Below are positions 20,336 through 31,331 of a stretch of 64,000 bases of DNA, piece by piece. The stretch's first letter is position 1, and each line of letters starts with the position of its first letter. The notes below the pieces were generated by a model, which was not told where the DNA came from, did not search any database, and saw only the letters and a list, made by a program, of their open reading frames with translations. This DNA is from Candidatus Marinacidobacterales bacterium (GTDB lineage Bacteria; Acidobacteriota; Vicinamibacteria; Marinacidobacterales; SMYC01), in the NCBI GenBank assembly GCA_965224085.1, contig CBDCYI010000004.1, forward strand, positions 1,056,001-1,120,000. Reading direction: 5' to 3'. The position numbers were made by a program, and so were the translations under genes.

Positions 20336-21702
20336 TCCGAAGCGCCGCTCATCGTGCGATCGATCGCGGTGCCTTCGAAATAGACTGCCTCGATGTCCCG
20401 CGTGTTTCGGATATCGCTGAGTGGGTCGCCGCGCAAGACGATAAAGCCGGCGGCCGCGCCGGTACGGAGCACGCCGTCGTGTCCGAGCGCCTCCGCGGAA
20501 TTTCGCGTCACGGCCGCGATGGCCTGATGCGCTGTGAGGCCGGCATCCACCAAGAGCGCGATCTCACGGTGCTCGAAATAGCCGGGAAAACGGTTCGTCG
20601 TTCCCGAGTCGGTTCCGAGACCAATCGTGATGCCAGCATCGTGCAGCTTTTTCACGTTCACGAGCGCCGTCTCGTATTGCTCGCGCGTTGCGGCAAGCCC
20701 GGGGTTCGCGCGCGTTTTCTCGACGAAGGCTTCGCTTGTCAACGTCTCGATCAAGACCGCATCGACGGTCTCGCGCATCGCGGACTCTCCGATCCAATCC
20801 GACTGATCGGCATACGCGATGGATGCCTCATGCGCGACGAGCGTTGGAACGTAGCCCACGCCGCGCTCCTGCATCATCGCAATGAGCTCGTCATCGACTT
20901 CCTGGTCGCGGATACTGTGCGCGAGAAAAGAAACGCCGGCGGCCACGAGCGCTTTGGCGTCGTCAAGATAGTAAACGTGCGCGTACACTTTGAGCCCGTG
21001 CTGATTCGCTTCATCGATGGCGGCTCCGTAGAGCTCGGGCGCGATTTTCGGGACGCGGCCCCCGGCGTCGTCCACCCAGACCTTGACGGCGTCGACTTTC
21101 TGCTCGGCGAGCGTGCGCACCGCTTCACAGGCTTGCTCTTCGGTTTCCACTTGCTGCGGCGCTGCGGCAATGGCTTGGATGATGGTGGGCCACCCGCCTA
21201 CGCTCGTCAGTCCCCGCCCCACGGTGTAAAGCTTGGAGCCTCCGGCGCGTCCTTGGCGCTGATCTTCTCGAATCGCGAAAGCCGTATCGCCGACATCGCT
21301 CCCGAGCACGAGAACGGAGCCCACCCCATAATGCGCGTGGCGATCGAGGTCCGCCATGATGGACTTGCGGGTGTAGTTCTCGGCCGCCATACCGTCGCCG
21401 ACGAGGTAGCCGACATGCACGTGAAGCGAGTGAAGAAGCGGCATGATGGTCCGGCCGGTCCAATCGACATGCGAGGCCCCCGCGGGCGCCTCGACGCCGG
21501 CGGCGGGGCCGAGAGCAACGATCTTGCCGCCGTCCACGACCATGCCCGCGTTCTCGATAACGGTCGTTCCATCTCCCACGATGACGTTCATGCCTTGGTA
21601 ATGGCTTGCGGTCGACGCGAGGCCCTCACTGAGGGCAGCCGGCTCTTGGGAAGCGCAGCCGGCGAGGAGCGCGATAGTGAGTAAAGTGATTACGGTCTTC
21701 AT
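20332..21702 (-). CDS. Amidohydrolase-family lipoprotein
   Basis: GGAGG RBS, LLAGC lipobox, HSLHVH, AH, GTDSG, GDPL.DI.NTR. Confidence 0.88.
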   Translation of the reverse strand: MKTVITLLTIALLAGCASQEPAALSEGLASTASHYQGMNVIVGDGTTVIENAGMVVDGGKIVALGPAAGVEAPAGASHVDWTGRTIMPLLHSLHVHVGYLVGDGMAAENYTRKSIMADLDRHAHYGVGSVLVLGSDVGDTAFAIREDQRQGRAGGSKLYTVGRGLTSVGGWPTIIQAIAAAPQQVETEEQACEAVRTLAEQKVDAVKVWVDDAGGRVPKIAPELYGAAIDEANQHGLKVYAHVYYLDDAKALVAAGVSFLAHSIRDQEVDDELIAMMQERGVGYVPTLVAHEASIAYADQSDWIGESAMRETVDAVLIETLTSEAFVEKTRANPGLAATREQYETALVNVKKLHDAGITIGLGTDSGTTNRFPGYFEHREIALLVDAGLTAHQAIAAVTRNSAEALGHDGVLRTGAAAGFIVLRGDPLSDIRNTRDIEAVYFEGTAIDRTMSGASD

Positions 21703-21750
21703 GATCCCTCCGCTTGTGAGGTTCCGGAGTCTACTCGTATACTCCCCATC

Positions 21751-22222
21751 ATGTCGAACAGAAGGCAGTTTTTGAAGACGGTGGGTGGCGCCGGCGCGAG
21801 CTTGGCGTTCGCCCACGTTCCCGCAGCCGCGTCGATGGAGACCGTGCGCACGGGTCTCATCGGCCTTGGCGCCCGCGGCGGATTTCATTTACACCAGCTT
21901 CTGCTCCTCGACGGCGTCGAGGTGAAAGCTTTTTGCGATATCCACGAGCCAACCATGCGCGAGCACATGGACTATTGCGAAGCGCAGGGTGCGCCCCGGC
22001 CTGATGGCTTTGCGCGTGGCGAGTACGACTACCTCCGCATGCTCGAGCGCGAGGACCTCGACATCGTCGTCATCGCGACGCCGTTGCGGTAGCACACGCC
22101 GATGGCCGTCGACGCGATGCAAGCGGGAAAGCACGCGTTCATCGAAGTGCCCGCCGCGATCACCGTCGACGAGGGTTGGGAGCTCGTGGAAACGCAGGAG
22201 CGCACGGGACGCCACTGCATAA
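21751..22222 (+). pseudogene. Tat-type Gfo/Idh/MocA (GH109-like) gene with a nonsense codon and 3' truncation
   Basis: [35 protein letters not shown]...EVPAA, ending after TGRHC. Confidence 0.85.
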
Positions 22223-22263
22223 GGTCGCGAGCCGCTCGGTGTCGTTTCGTGAGGTAACGTCGC

Positions 22264-24681
22264 ATGCTGACGCTCTGGCTTTCGGATTTTCTCCACTCGG
22301 TGCGGACGCTCCGTCGCGAGCCTTTGAGTTCGTTGGCCATCGTTTTGACGCTCGGGCTCGGCCTGGGTGTGAACGCGGCCGTGTTCGGCTTCGTCGAGGC
22401 TGTACTCCTTAGACCTGTTCCCGCGCAGGAGCCGGATCGGCTCGTCGTCCTGTGGGAGAGCAATCCTTCCCGCCGCGGCGATCTCATCGAAGTCTCTCTC
22501 CCGAACTTTTTCGATTGGCGGCAGGACGCACGCGAGCTCGAAGAGATGGCTGCGATGGGAACCCACGACTGGAGCTACGTTCTGCTCGGCGAAGGTGAGC
22601 CCGCAACGGTGCCCTACCGTGCGGTGTCCGCGTCGTTTTTCGATACCGTCCGGGTACCGCCCTTGCTCGGCCGTACGTTCTCACCAGAGGTCGATGTGCC
22701 GGGAGCGCCCCGCGTCATCGTGATCAGCTACGGAATGTGGCAGTCCCGTCTAGGTGGCGACGCAACGGTCATCGGCCGACGATTGCTCTTCGAAGACTTC
22801 ACCGAGCCCGAGTATTTTACGATCGTTGGCGTCATGCCACGATCGTTCCAATTCCCGCTAGGCGCTGAAGCGTGGGTGCCCGCCGGACGGCAACTTTCGG
22901 CCATCGCCGATGCGAACGGTTTCGACGCGCGTACGCGGCGCGGACTAGGTGTTTTCGTCGCGGTGGGACGCCTCGCTCCCGAAAGCTCGTTGGAAGCGGC
23001 TCGAAGCGAGATGAGCGCCGTCGTTGGACGCCTCGCACGCGAACATTTCGCCCAGATCCGTGACGTGGTCATGACCCCGCTCAACGAGTACATCTACGGG
23101 AGCGCGACGGCGTCGTTGACGCTGCTATCCGTCGCCGTGGGGCTCGTGCTCGTCGTGGCGACCGCCAACGTCGCGAGCCTCCTTCTCGCACGCGTTCTCT
23201 CAGGAGGTCGTGCGCTCGCCATCCGGCGCGCGCTCGGAGCATCTCGGGCCGCGCTCGCCAAGCTCGTCATTCTCGACAGCTTCGTCTTGTCCTCTCTCGG
23301 TGCCGCGCTCGGGGTGTGGCTGGCTTACCTTTCGCGTGGAGCTCTCGTTGCGCTGGCGCCCGTCGGGCTGCCTGGTGTTGAAAACGTCGAGCTCGGGGGC
23401 ACCACCATCGCCTTTACGTTCGGCTTGGCCCTCGTGACGACGGCTCTCGTGAGCATAGCACCCGTGCTCAGTCTGTCCGAAGTGCAGCTGCGCGCGCGCT
23501 TATCGTCTGCCCGCACGAGTGGCTTCCTCGTTGCGAGCGAGGTCGCCGCGGCCGCATCGCTTCTAGTTGCGGCCGGATTCATCGTCCAGAGTTTTTGGAA
23601 CTTGAAGAACACCGACTACGGCTTCCGTCCCGCAGGTGTCGTCTCGTTTCTCTTGAGTCCGTCGCGTTACCGCTACGCGGAGGACGAGCAGCAGCGCGCC
23701 TTTTATCGATCGATGCTCGATCAGCTTCGCGGCGTTCCGGGCGCGTTGCATGTCGGCGCGGTACTCGTCCTTCCTTTCAAGCTCGGCACGATCGGCCAAG
23801 ACAGCCGAATTCGAATCGAAGGCCAATCCGACGCCGAGCAGCAAAACAATCCCACCATGAACTACGAAGTCGCTACGCCGGGCTATTTCCGCGCGATGGG
23901 CATTCGTCTCTTGGAGGGTCGAACCTTCCATGATGACGAAAGCTTGGCTGTTGCGATCGTGAGCCGGAGCCTCGCGGATAGGATGTGGCCGAGCGCTTCG
24001 CCTCTCGGCGAACGCATCCAGCTCTCCAATTCCGATGCATGGCTGACAGTTATCGGTGTAGTCGAAGACGTTCGCTATCGCGAGCTTCAAAGAGCACGTC
24101 TAGACGTTTACCCGCACTACCTTCAAACGCCGTTTGTTCCAGGCGGCCTGAACTTCGCCATCCGCACGGAGCGGGACCCCATGGCCCTTTTGACCGACAT
24201 TGCCGCCGCGGTTCATTCTGTAGACGAAGCACAGCCACTCGACAAATTCCACAGGATGGAGTCGGTCATGGCGAGGGAGCTTGCGCCGTGGCGTTTCAAC
24301 GCGTGGATGGTCGGTCTGTTCGCTGCTCTCGCCACCGCTCTCGCGGCGATGGGTATTTTTGCCCTTTTGGCGCGGAGCGTTGTCGAGCGTTCCCGGGAGA
24401 TCGCCGTGCGCATGGCGCTCGGCGCCACGCGCCCGGACGTTATCTGGAGCGTTGTCGCGCGGGCCGCGCGATGGACCTCCGCAGGGCTTGCTCTCGGTTT
24501 CGCCGCGGCCGCGATCGGGTCGCGCCTCGTTACCAACCTCCTATTCGAAGTCGACGCGACGGACCCTTGGTTCTTCGTTTTCGTCTTCGCGTGCATCGCG
24601 GCGGTCGCACTCGTGGCGGCGGTCGTCCCGGCATGGCGTGCTGCGCGCCTCGACGTGATCGAGCTTCTGCGCGCCGATTGA
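22264..24681 (+). CDS. ADOP-type duplicated MacB/FtsX permease
   Basis: LTLGLGLGVNAAVF, PLLGRTF, IVGVMP, REIAVRMALGA, PAWRAARLD. 805 aa. Confidence 0.9.
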   Translation: MLTLWLSDFLHSVRTLRREPLSSLAIVLTLGLGLGVNAAVFGFVEAVLLRPVPAQEPDRLVVLWESNPSRRGDLIEVSLPNFFDWRQDARELEEMAAMGTHDWSYVLLGEGEPATVPYRAVSASFFDTVRVPPLLGRTFSPEVDVPGAPRVIVISYGMWQSRLGGDATVIGRRLLFEDFTEPEYFTIVGVMPRSFQFPLGAEAWVPAGRQLSAIADANGFDARTRRGLGVFVAVGRLAPESSLEAARSEMSAVVGRLAREHFAQIRDVVMTPLNEYIYGSATASLTLLSVAVGLVLVVATANVASLLLARVLSGGRALAIRRALGASRAALAKLVILDSFVLSSLGAALGVWLAYLSRGALVALAPVGLPGVENVELGGTTIAFTFGLALVTTALVSIAPVLSLSEVQLRARLSSARTSGFLVASEVAAAASLLVAAGFIVQSFWNLKNTDYGFRPAGVVSFLLSPSRYRYAEDEQQRAFYRSMLDQLRGVPGALHVGAVLVLPFKLGTIGQDSRIRIEGQSDAEQQNNPTMNYEVATPGYFRAMGIRLLEGRTFHDDESLAVAIVSRSLADRMWPSASPLGERIQLSNSDAWLTVIGVVEDVRYRELQRARLDVYPHYLQTPFVPGGLNFAIRTERDPMALLTDIAAAVHSVDEAQPLDKFHRMESVMARELAPWRFNAWMVGLFAALATALAAMGIFALLARSVVERSREIAVRMALGATRPDVIWSVVARAARWTSAGLALGFAAAAIGSRLVTNLLFEVDATDPWFFVFVFACIAAVALVAAVVPAWRAARLDVIELLRAD

Positions 24682-24724
24682 CGGTCCTTCGACGAGCTCT
24701 TACGATGCTGTAACGGGTGATGTA

Positions 24725-27177
24725 ATGTCGGATTTCCGCGCTGCCTATCGTTCGCTTCGTGCCACGCCTATTGTCACGCTTGCCGTCATCCTCTCACTCG
24801 GTCTAGGCATCGGCGCCAATACGGCCATCTTCTCGCTCGTCGACAGCCTCGTACTGAGAGCTTTGCCGGTTCGAGCGCCCGAGCGCCTCGTCCTCGTCAA
24901 CTACAGTGAGGAGTCGAAGAAAAACTACTGGGCAACCTATCCGGCGTGGGAAGCGATCCGTGACAGGAAGCTCTTCGAAGGTACCCTTGCTTGGTCCGCC
25001 GAGCGCATCGAGGCGATGCACGGTGGTCGAACAGAGTTTATCGATGGCCTCTGGGTGAGTCGCGGGTTCTTCGATGTGCTCGGCGTTACGCCGATGCTCG
25101 GGGGGTGTTTCACGATAAAGACGATCTCGTTCTCGATCCAACGGACAGCGCTGTCGCGGTCATCAGCCACGGGTTCTGGCAGCGACGCTTCGGCGGGGAC
25201 CCGGCAGTAGTTGGGCGATCCATCTCGGTTGAGCGAGTTCCCTTCACCATCATCGGGGTCACGGATCCTAGCTTCTTCGGCACGGACGTCGGTCGCCGCT
25301 TCGAAATCGCGCTTCCCTTGCCGACCATGACGCTCGTCCCGAGCCGCGAACGGAGCCTAGAAAACCCTCCGGGGCTGCGCGTACGCGTCATGGCCAGACT
25401 CGCGGACGGGCAGACCCTCGAGCGTGCGACCCTCGCAATTCAGCAGGCGCAGCCACAGATCCGCGAGGCATCTTTGCCCAGCACTTGGCGAGCACGCTCC
25501 CGTGAAGCCTATATGCGCGATCCGCTAACGGTGATCCCGGCGGCGACGGGCACCTCTTCTCTGCGCAATCGTTACGCAAGCCCGCTCTTCGTGCTCATGG
25601 TCGTGATCGGACTTGTTCTGCTCATCGCCTGTGGCAACGTGGCCAACCTGCTCTTGGCGCGCGCCGCCGGGCGCCGACGCGAGCTCGGAATTCGTGCGGC
25701 ACTGGGCGCATCGCGTCCGCAGCTCGTGCGGCAATTGTTTACAGAGAGCTTGCTCCTAGCGGCTGCCGCCTCTGTGGCGGCGGTGCTGTTTGGTCATTGG
25801 GCAAGTCGCCTTTTGGTGGCGCAAATGTCTACCATCCTTGAAACCGTCTCCCTGGTGCTGCCCATCGACGGGCGCATGCTCGCCGTCACTGCCATGACCG
25901 CTGTGGCGACAGCCGTGGTGTTCGGTGTTGTGCCAGCGTTTCGAGCTACGAGTGCGGATCCGAGCAGGGGGCTGTGGGAGCACGGTTTCGCCGAGCCGAA
26001 ACGTGTCGGGCCGGGCGGGTTGCTGGTCGTGGCCCAGGTTGCTTTGTCGCTCATGCTCATCACCGGGGCTGGGCTATTTGTGCGCACTTTTTCGGAATTT
26101 GCGCATCTCGACCTTGGTTTCGAGCCCCACCGTGTTCTCATGGTCGACGTGGACTTCTCTCGCAACAGGCCCGAGGCGTCGAAAGCGCTGGCGATGTACG
26201 AAAGGCTGTGCGGGGCGGCTCGAACGGCGCCCGGCGTAGCCCACGCCGCGTGCTCTCCGGCAGTACCCATAGGCTTTCGTGCGCTGACCACGGTAATGGA
26301 CGCGCCCGAAGACACCGCTATCCCCGAGCAGGAGCGCGTCGTCCACAAGAATCTGATCACGCCGGAGTGGTTCCAGGCATTTGGCACACGACTACTCGCC
26401 GGTCGCGACTTCAGCTCAATCGACAGAGTGGGCGCACCCCGAGTCGCGATTGTAAACGAGGCTTTCGCAGAGCGATTTCTGAAAACGGCGAACGCCGTGG
26501 GCCGGATCGTGCGGGAAGATCGCCGGGCGAAGGGAAAACTGACTCTAGAGATCGTAGGGGTCGTCGAGAATGCCGTATACCGCTCTGTACGAGAGCCACC
26601 GCCCGCCACCATTTATCTCCCGCTCGCACAAGAAGGCGATGAAAGTCCCTTTCCTTGGTTGAACGTCGTTATACGTCCGTCATCGGGCCCACCGGCCAGC
26701 GTTGTGGCGGGCGTCGTGGGAGCTCTGGCCGCAGTCGACGGGAATCTCAAGCTGACCGTTCGTCCGATGGAAGACCAAGTGAACGCCACCTTCAATCAGG
26801 AGCGCGTGCTAGCCATGGTAGCTGGCGTTTTTGGCGGTCTGGCGCTACTGCTGGCGGCGCTCGGATTGTACGGCGTGATGGCCTACGCGGTTAGTTGTCG
26901 TCGCAGAGAAATCGGTATTCGCATGGCACTCGGGGCAGACTCCCTAGTTCTTGGAAACGTCGCGGGGATGGTGGGTCTCGGCATCGCAGCCGGCGCAGTT
27001 TTGAGCCTATGGGCCACTCAGTTCGTTCAGTCGTTACTGTTCGGACTCCCGGCAAGGGACCCGTTCTCGTTCGCCGGCGCCGCGGCTGTGCTCGTCGTCT
27101 CGGCCGCTGCCGCGAGCTGGCTCCCCGCACGACGGGCTACTCGTGTGGAACCGAGCACCGTTCTCAAGGACGCGTAG
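24725..27177 (+). pseudogene. ADOP-type permease with a frameshift in a G6 run at about 25100
   Basis: N-terminal ORF 24725..25210 (LGIGANTAIFS) continues in the frame of 24991..27177. Short C-terminal deletion. Could be a sequencing error. Confidence 0.8.
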
Positions 27178-27179
27178 CC

Positions 27180-27292
27180 TACCCCTGGGTTTTCGTTTTC
27201 GTCTTCGCCTGCATCGCAGCCTGGCATTCGTCGCTTCTCTCGCTCCCGCATGCCGCCCGCCTCGATCCTATCGAGGTGCTCCCCTCTCATTG
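27180..27292 (+). repeat. Degenerate copy of the 3' end of the 22264-24681 permease
   Basis: TTCGTTTTCGTCTTCGC.TGCATCGC...GCCCGCCTCGA..ATCGAG...ATTGA matches about 24563-24681. Confidence 0.8.
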
Positions 27293-27299
27293 AGCACCT

Positions 27300-27533
27300 G
27301 CGGGCGGAGCCATCGCCGAAGCGATCGACCTGACTGTCTTCGAGCGCAAGAGCGCCATCGCCTCGGGAGGACAGGTGGCGGTGGCCTACCGCGCCGAAGG
27401 CACGTTCAAGAAGAACGGGAACAGCTCTATCGACGAGGGCATGCATCTGTGGACGTTCGGCGCGGACGGAAAGAACGTCGAATATGTGGGCTACGATGAC
27501 ACGGCCGCTGTCCTGAAAGCTTGGACGGGCTGA
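27300..27533 (+). pseudogene. SnoaL/NTF2-like C-terminal fragment
   Basis: IASGGQVAV...GTFKKNG...HLWTF...GK.VEY..YDDTAA, with a frameshift. Confidence 0.55.
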
Positions 27534-28038
27534 GCGCAGCGAGCACTAGCTAGAGCCTGTTGCAAAACGTAACCGCTTTCACCGTTGGTTTCAATCCGCG
27601 TCCAATCGGGCAGCTGACAGATCTGTGATTTGCCGGCGCCAAACGCGCCTGGATCGATCCGCAAGAATTTTCCCAACTATTTTGTATTTGGTCGTTTTTT
27701 TCTTGACTTGTAGCCTAAGGGATGATATTTATTAGGCGTTATAGGGACCGTTACCAGGCAGTCCGCCCTCTTCTACGTCAACTTCTCCAAACAGGCGTCG
27801 CTCATCAAGGATGATCTACTCGAACCCGTCGACACGCTCCTCGAGGACCCCGAGCTGATAGAACTGACGAGAGAATCGCTCGCTGGTCGTTTCCCGCTCT
27901 CACCGCGTACCGGCCGGGTGAGTATCGCGCCTGACCGCTTGCTCCGCAGCTGTGTACTCAAGCACATCAAAGGATGGTCCTTCCGAGTCCTCGAGCGGGA
28001 GATCCGTTCTAGCCTCGTGTATCGGCGCTTCACTAGAA

Positions 28039-28156
28039 CGCTTCGACGACGATTCGATTCCCAACTACTCCACATTCAGTCGCAACTTTTCCCTACTCGC
28101 TTCGACGACGATTCGATTCCCAACTACTCCACATTCAGTCGCAACTTTTCCCTACT
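28039..28156. repeat. Perfect 59-bp tandem duplication inside the transposase
   Basis: CGCTTCGACGACGATTCG...TTTTCCCTACT at 28039 and 28098. Confidence 0.97.
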
Positions 28157-29211
28157 CGGTGATGCGTTCGTAGAGAAAATCCATGCCCGTGTGGTCGCTC
28201 AGGCTCGAGACGAAAAGGTGGCTACGGGACGCAAGTTACGCACGGATACGACGGTAGTGGAGAGCAACATCCATTACCCCACAGATAGCTCACTGCTTGC
28301 CGATGGCATCCGGGTGCTCACCCGTAGTCTGAAGTGTATTGCAAAGGCTTGTGCTCAAGGTGCGCTCAAGGTGGTGGACCACAGCCGATCAACGAAAAAC
28401 AGGCAGCTTGAGATCGACCGCGCCAGCAAGTCGTTCACCGAATCGAGCCAAGTCAAGTTCAAGCAAAGTTATCGCAAGCTCATGGGCACGGCGCGCAGCG
28501 TGGTCCGGCAAGCCGACGAGGTTATTCAGTCGCTCAAGAGCGGAAAGCTTCCGGTCGTGGGTTCGCTGGTGAGCATCATAAGCAATCAGAGCCAACTCGA
28601 ACATTATCTGCCACTGTGCAAAAAGGTGTTAGCTCAGACAAAGGCCCGTGTTTTAGGGGGCCATCGTCACCATCCGGACAAGATCGTCAGCCTGTTCGAG
28701 GAGCATACGGCCGTGATCCGAAAAGGCAAAACATGGAAGCCGACCGAGTTTGGACGACTCGTGCGAATTGATGAGGTGGAGAACGGCATTGTTAGCCACT
28801 ACGAAGTTGCCGCAGGCAATCCGGCGGACCAAACTCAGTGGATGCCCGCGCTGGAGCAACACAAAAAACAGTTCGCTCGTGCGCCGGAGATGGCGACCGC
28901 TGACCGCGGATTCTTTTCGGCAGACAATGAACGCAAGGCCATAGATCTCGGTGTAAAGAAAGTGGTGTTGCCGGCTCGAGGACGACCCTCGAAAAAACGA
29001 GCCAAGGTTCAAAAAAAGCGCTGGTTCCGTCGAGCCCTCAAGTGGCGCGGGGGCGTCGAGTCCCGCATCAGCACCCTCAAGCACCGCTTCGCTATGCTTC
29101 GCGCCACCTACAAGGGCGACCGAGGATTCAAGCGTTACGTCGGGTGGTGCGTTATCAGCCAAAACCTCATATCGATCGCTCGAGTCAAGCGGCGAAGAAA
29201 GGACAGCGAAA

Positions 29212-29557
29212 ATGCCGAACCCTTCATTCCGATCCACGTAAACGTCGGGACCAGCTCCTACAACAGATTCAACAATATGCGCGAAGGGCGATCTTCGGCA
29301 CACCCTCCGAAACCTATCGTACCTGCGGTACGCCCACTTGTCGGTGCCACGGGCCCGGGCCAAAGCATGGCCCTCACCTCTATATCAATTTTCGTGGCAA
29401 GCACGGCAAGACTACCGGCTACTATGTGCCCCAAGCCGCACACAAGCGTATCCGCGAAGGCGTCGCCGCATGGCAGAGCTTGCAGGATTGTCTGCGAGAA
29501 CTCGCGGACATCAACAAGCAAAATACGCTCGACCGTGCCCGACAGGCGCGTTCCTAA
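29212..29557 (+). pseudogene. DUF6788-like Cys/His-rich IS accessory protein, frameshifted at about 29236
   Basis: GT.SETYRTCG.PTCRCH....KHGPHLY...GKT...YVP. The ATG at 29212 is out of frame with the body. Confidence 0.75.
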
Positions 29558-29641
29558 CAAGCAGTACAACCAACGGCCTCACTCCTGTGCTCAAACAAAT
29601 GAACGCCTTGACGCTAAACGGGCTTTTGCAACAGCCTCTAG

Positions 29642-31331
29642 CTAGTTCCTGTCCAGAAACACCATAACTTGTGGTGTACGAGAGGCCTATCGAAGATGTG
29701 GGTATTATACGTTTTCAGTCGGCACCTCGTAGGCTCGGAAGCGAATGAAAATCTTGGACGAAACGAGAGGCGAATCGTCAGCAATCCATGGCTATAAACG
29801 CAGTAAGAGTAATCATTATTATCGTAATAGGTGCCTTGCCATTACCAACAGGTTGCAGGTGATGATGGAACTCCATACGTAGGATTTGAAAGAAGGCAAT
29901 GAGCGCCATGTGCATCGGTCGAGACCAAAGACTCGTTTCAAGAACGAAATGACGCCTTCGATTCCGCAGCGAAATCGCCGTAGGCGTTGATAGACCCAGG
30001 AACTCTTGACCATATCGGTCACCGCGAAGTGAGCCTTGGTAAAGGCAACATCTTCAACTCCCTTGCCTTTGATGGCTTCCAAGTTTGCCTTTGAAGAAAA
30101 CGCGCCATCGTAGGCAACCTGGCGCGGGGCCCGTTCGTAGAGTTCGACTTGACGGTCGATCATGGTTTCCGCGAGAGTTGAATCGGACGGATTCCCATCC
30201 AAGATCACGCAATCCAAAATCATCGAGGACGAGCCACCAGTCAAACACACCTTGTGACCGTAGAGAGTCTCGCGCCGGTCTTTGCGAATAATGTCGGTGT
30301 GTTCTTCGAAGATCGAAACGACCTTTTCCTCCGCAGGCACACGCTCTTCATCAATCACTCTACGCCGAGTTTGGTTGATGACTTTTTCGGTGAGGACGAG
30401 AAAGTGCTTAAAATCCGCGGCGATCTTCTCCGCACTCGCTCGCTTCACCGGCTCGGTCAAGCCGGACTCGTCCAACTGGTCTGCAACGCGTTGAGCGGAG
30501 CGATAGGTTTCTTCCGACACCTTCAGTAGATCTCGATAGACGCGACGCCTTTGTTCCTTATCCTTCGCGTTTAGAACTCCCAGTCGACGTCTCTTCGCTC
30601 GACGCGTTCGATTGCCGAAGACCACTACTGTACCCAGCAGTTCGCGAGTTCGGCACATGAGGCGAGTGAGAACTCGGACGCAGTCATAAAGAAGCTCGGA
30701 GTCCGTAGGAGAATGAATATTCGACTCCACTACCGTGCAGTCCACTCGTACTTTTCTTCCTTTTTCGATCGCGGTCTTCTCGGCAACACTCACCAACTCT
30801 CGGTTGATTTTCTCCAGCGTTTCGAACTTCACGGCTTTGATGTTTGCTGCTAGGGTCGACTTCGACGGGCTCGGCTCTATGATGCCGAGCTGGCAAAACG
30901 TCCGATAGCTTCGAGAGTCTGCCAAGTGAAACGCCAGCTCCCGATAGGTGAACTGATTCAGCTGCTTGACCAACAACGCCCGGAGAACCTGCTCCGCGCT
31001 CATTCCCCCACGACCAACATCGCTCCCTGCCGATGGGGTGACCGACCTCAGGTCTTGCAGTACCAGCTCATTCAGCTTAGGATGGGCATCGAGCAGCGAT
31101 GATATCGTTTCGAGCTCGCGTGCGTGCTCCAGCTCCAGCCAGGGCTCGCGAAGGCTTGGTTGTGGGTTGATCGTTTTTCGCATTTAGGGCTGGTCTCCTT
31201 TGGAGTTAAGTCGTTTAGAATCTGCGTTTTTGTCGACTCGATACTAAACGACACTCCCTCAGAAGGCTAGCCCTAAATTTGCGATTACCCCTTTTTTCTC
31301 AACCTCTTACACCTGTCAGGACGGGTACTAG
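29642..31331 (-). mobile_element. IS element B (ISNCY-like)
   Basis: Imperfect IRs CTAGTTCCTGTCCAGA / TCAGGACGGGTACTAG, directly abutting IS-A. Confidence 0.88.
29819..31183 (-). CDS. ISNCY-like DDE transposase, apparently intact
   Basis: RVDCTVVESNIHSPTDSELL, EKVVSIFEEHT, YGHKV, YDGAF, FRCGIEGVISFLKR. Confidence 0.92.
   Translation of the reverse strand: MRKTINPQPSLREPWLELEHARELETISSLLDAHPKLNELVLQDLRSVTPSAGSDVGRGGMSAEQVLRALLVKQLNQFTYRELAFHLADSRSYRTFCQLGIIEPSPSKSTLAANIKAVKFETLEKINRELVSVAEKTAIEKGRKVRVDCTVVESNIHSPTDSELLYDCVRVLTRLMCRTRELLGTVVVFGNRTRRAKRRRLGVLNAKDKEQRRRVYRDLLKVSEETYRSAQRVADQLDESGLTEPVKRASAEKIAADFKHFLVLTEKVINQTRRRVIDEERVPAEEKVVSIFEEHTDIIRKDRRETLYGHKVCLTGGSSSMILDCVILDGNPSDSTLAETMIDRQVELYERAPRQVAYDGAFSSKANLEAIKGKGVEDVAFTKAHFAVTDMVKSSWVYQRLRRFRCGIEGVISFLKRVFGLDRCTWRSLPSFKSYVWSSIITCNLLVMARHLLR

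Larger units (their letters stand above)
27550..29641 (+). mobile_element. IS element A (ISNCY/IS5-like DDE transposase plus DUF6788-like accessory ORF)
   Basis: IRs CTAGAGCCTGTTGCAAAA / TTTTGCAACAGCCTCTAG (1 mismatch), with an extra CTAG on each side. Confidence 0.92.
27741..29645 (+). pseudogene. Transposase of IS-A, with a 63-bp internal insertion and C-terminal read-through
   Basis: RTDTTVVESNIHYPTDSSLL, KIVSLFE, EFG, ADRGF, WRGGVESRISTLK. The frame is open upstream of the called GTG to about 27726 with no canonical start codon. Confidence 0.85.
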
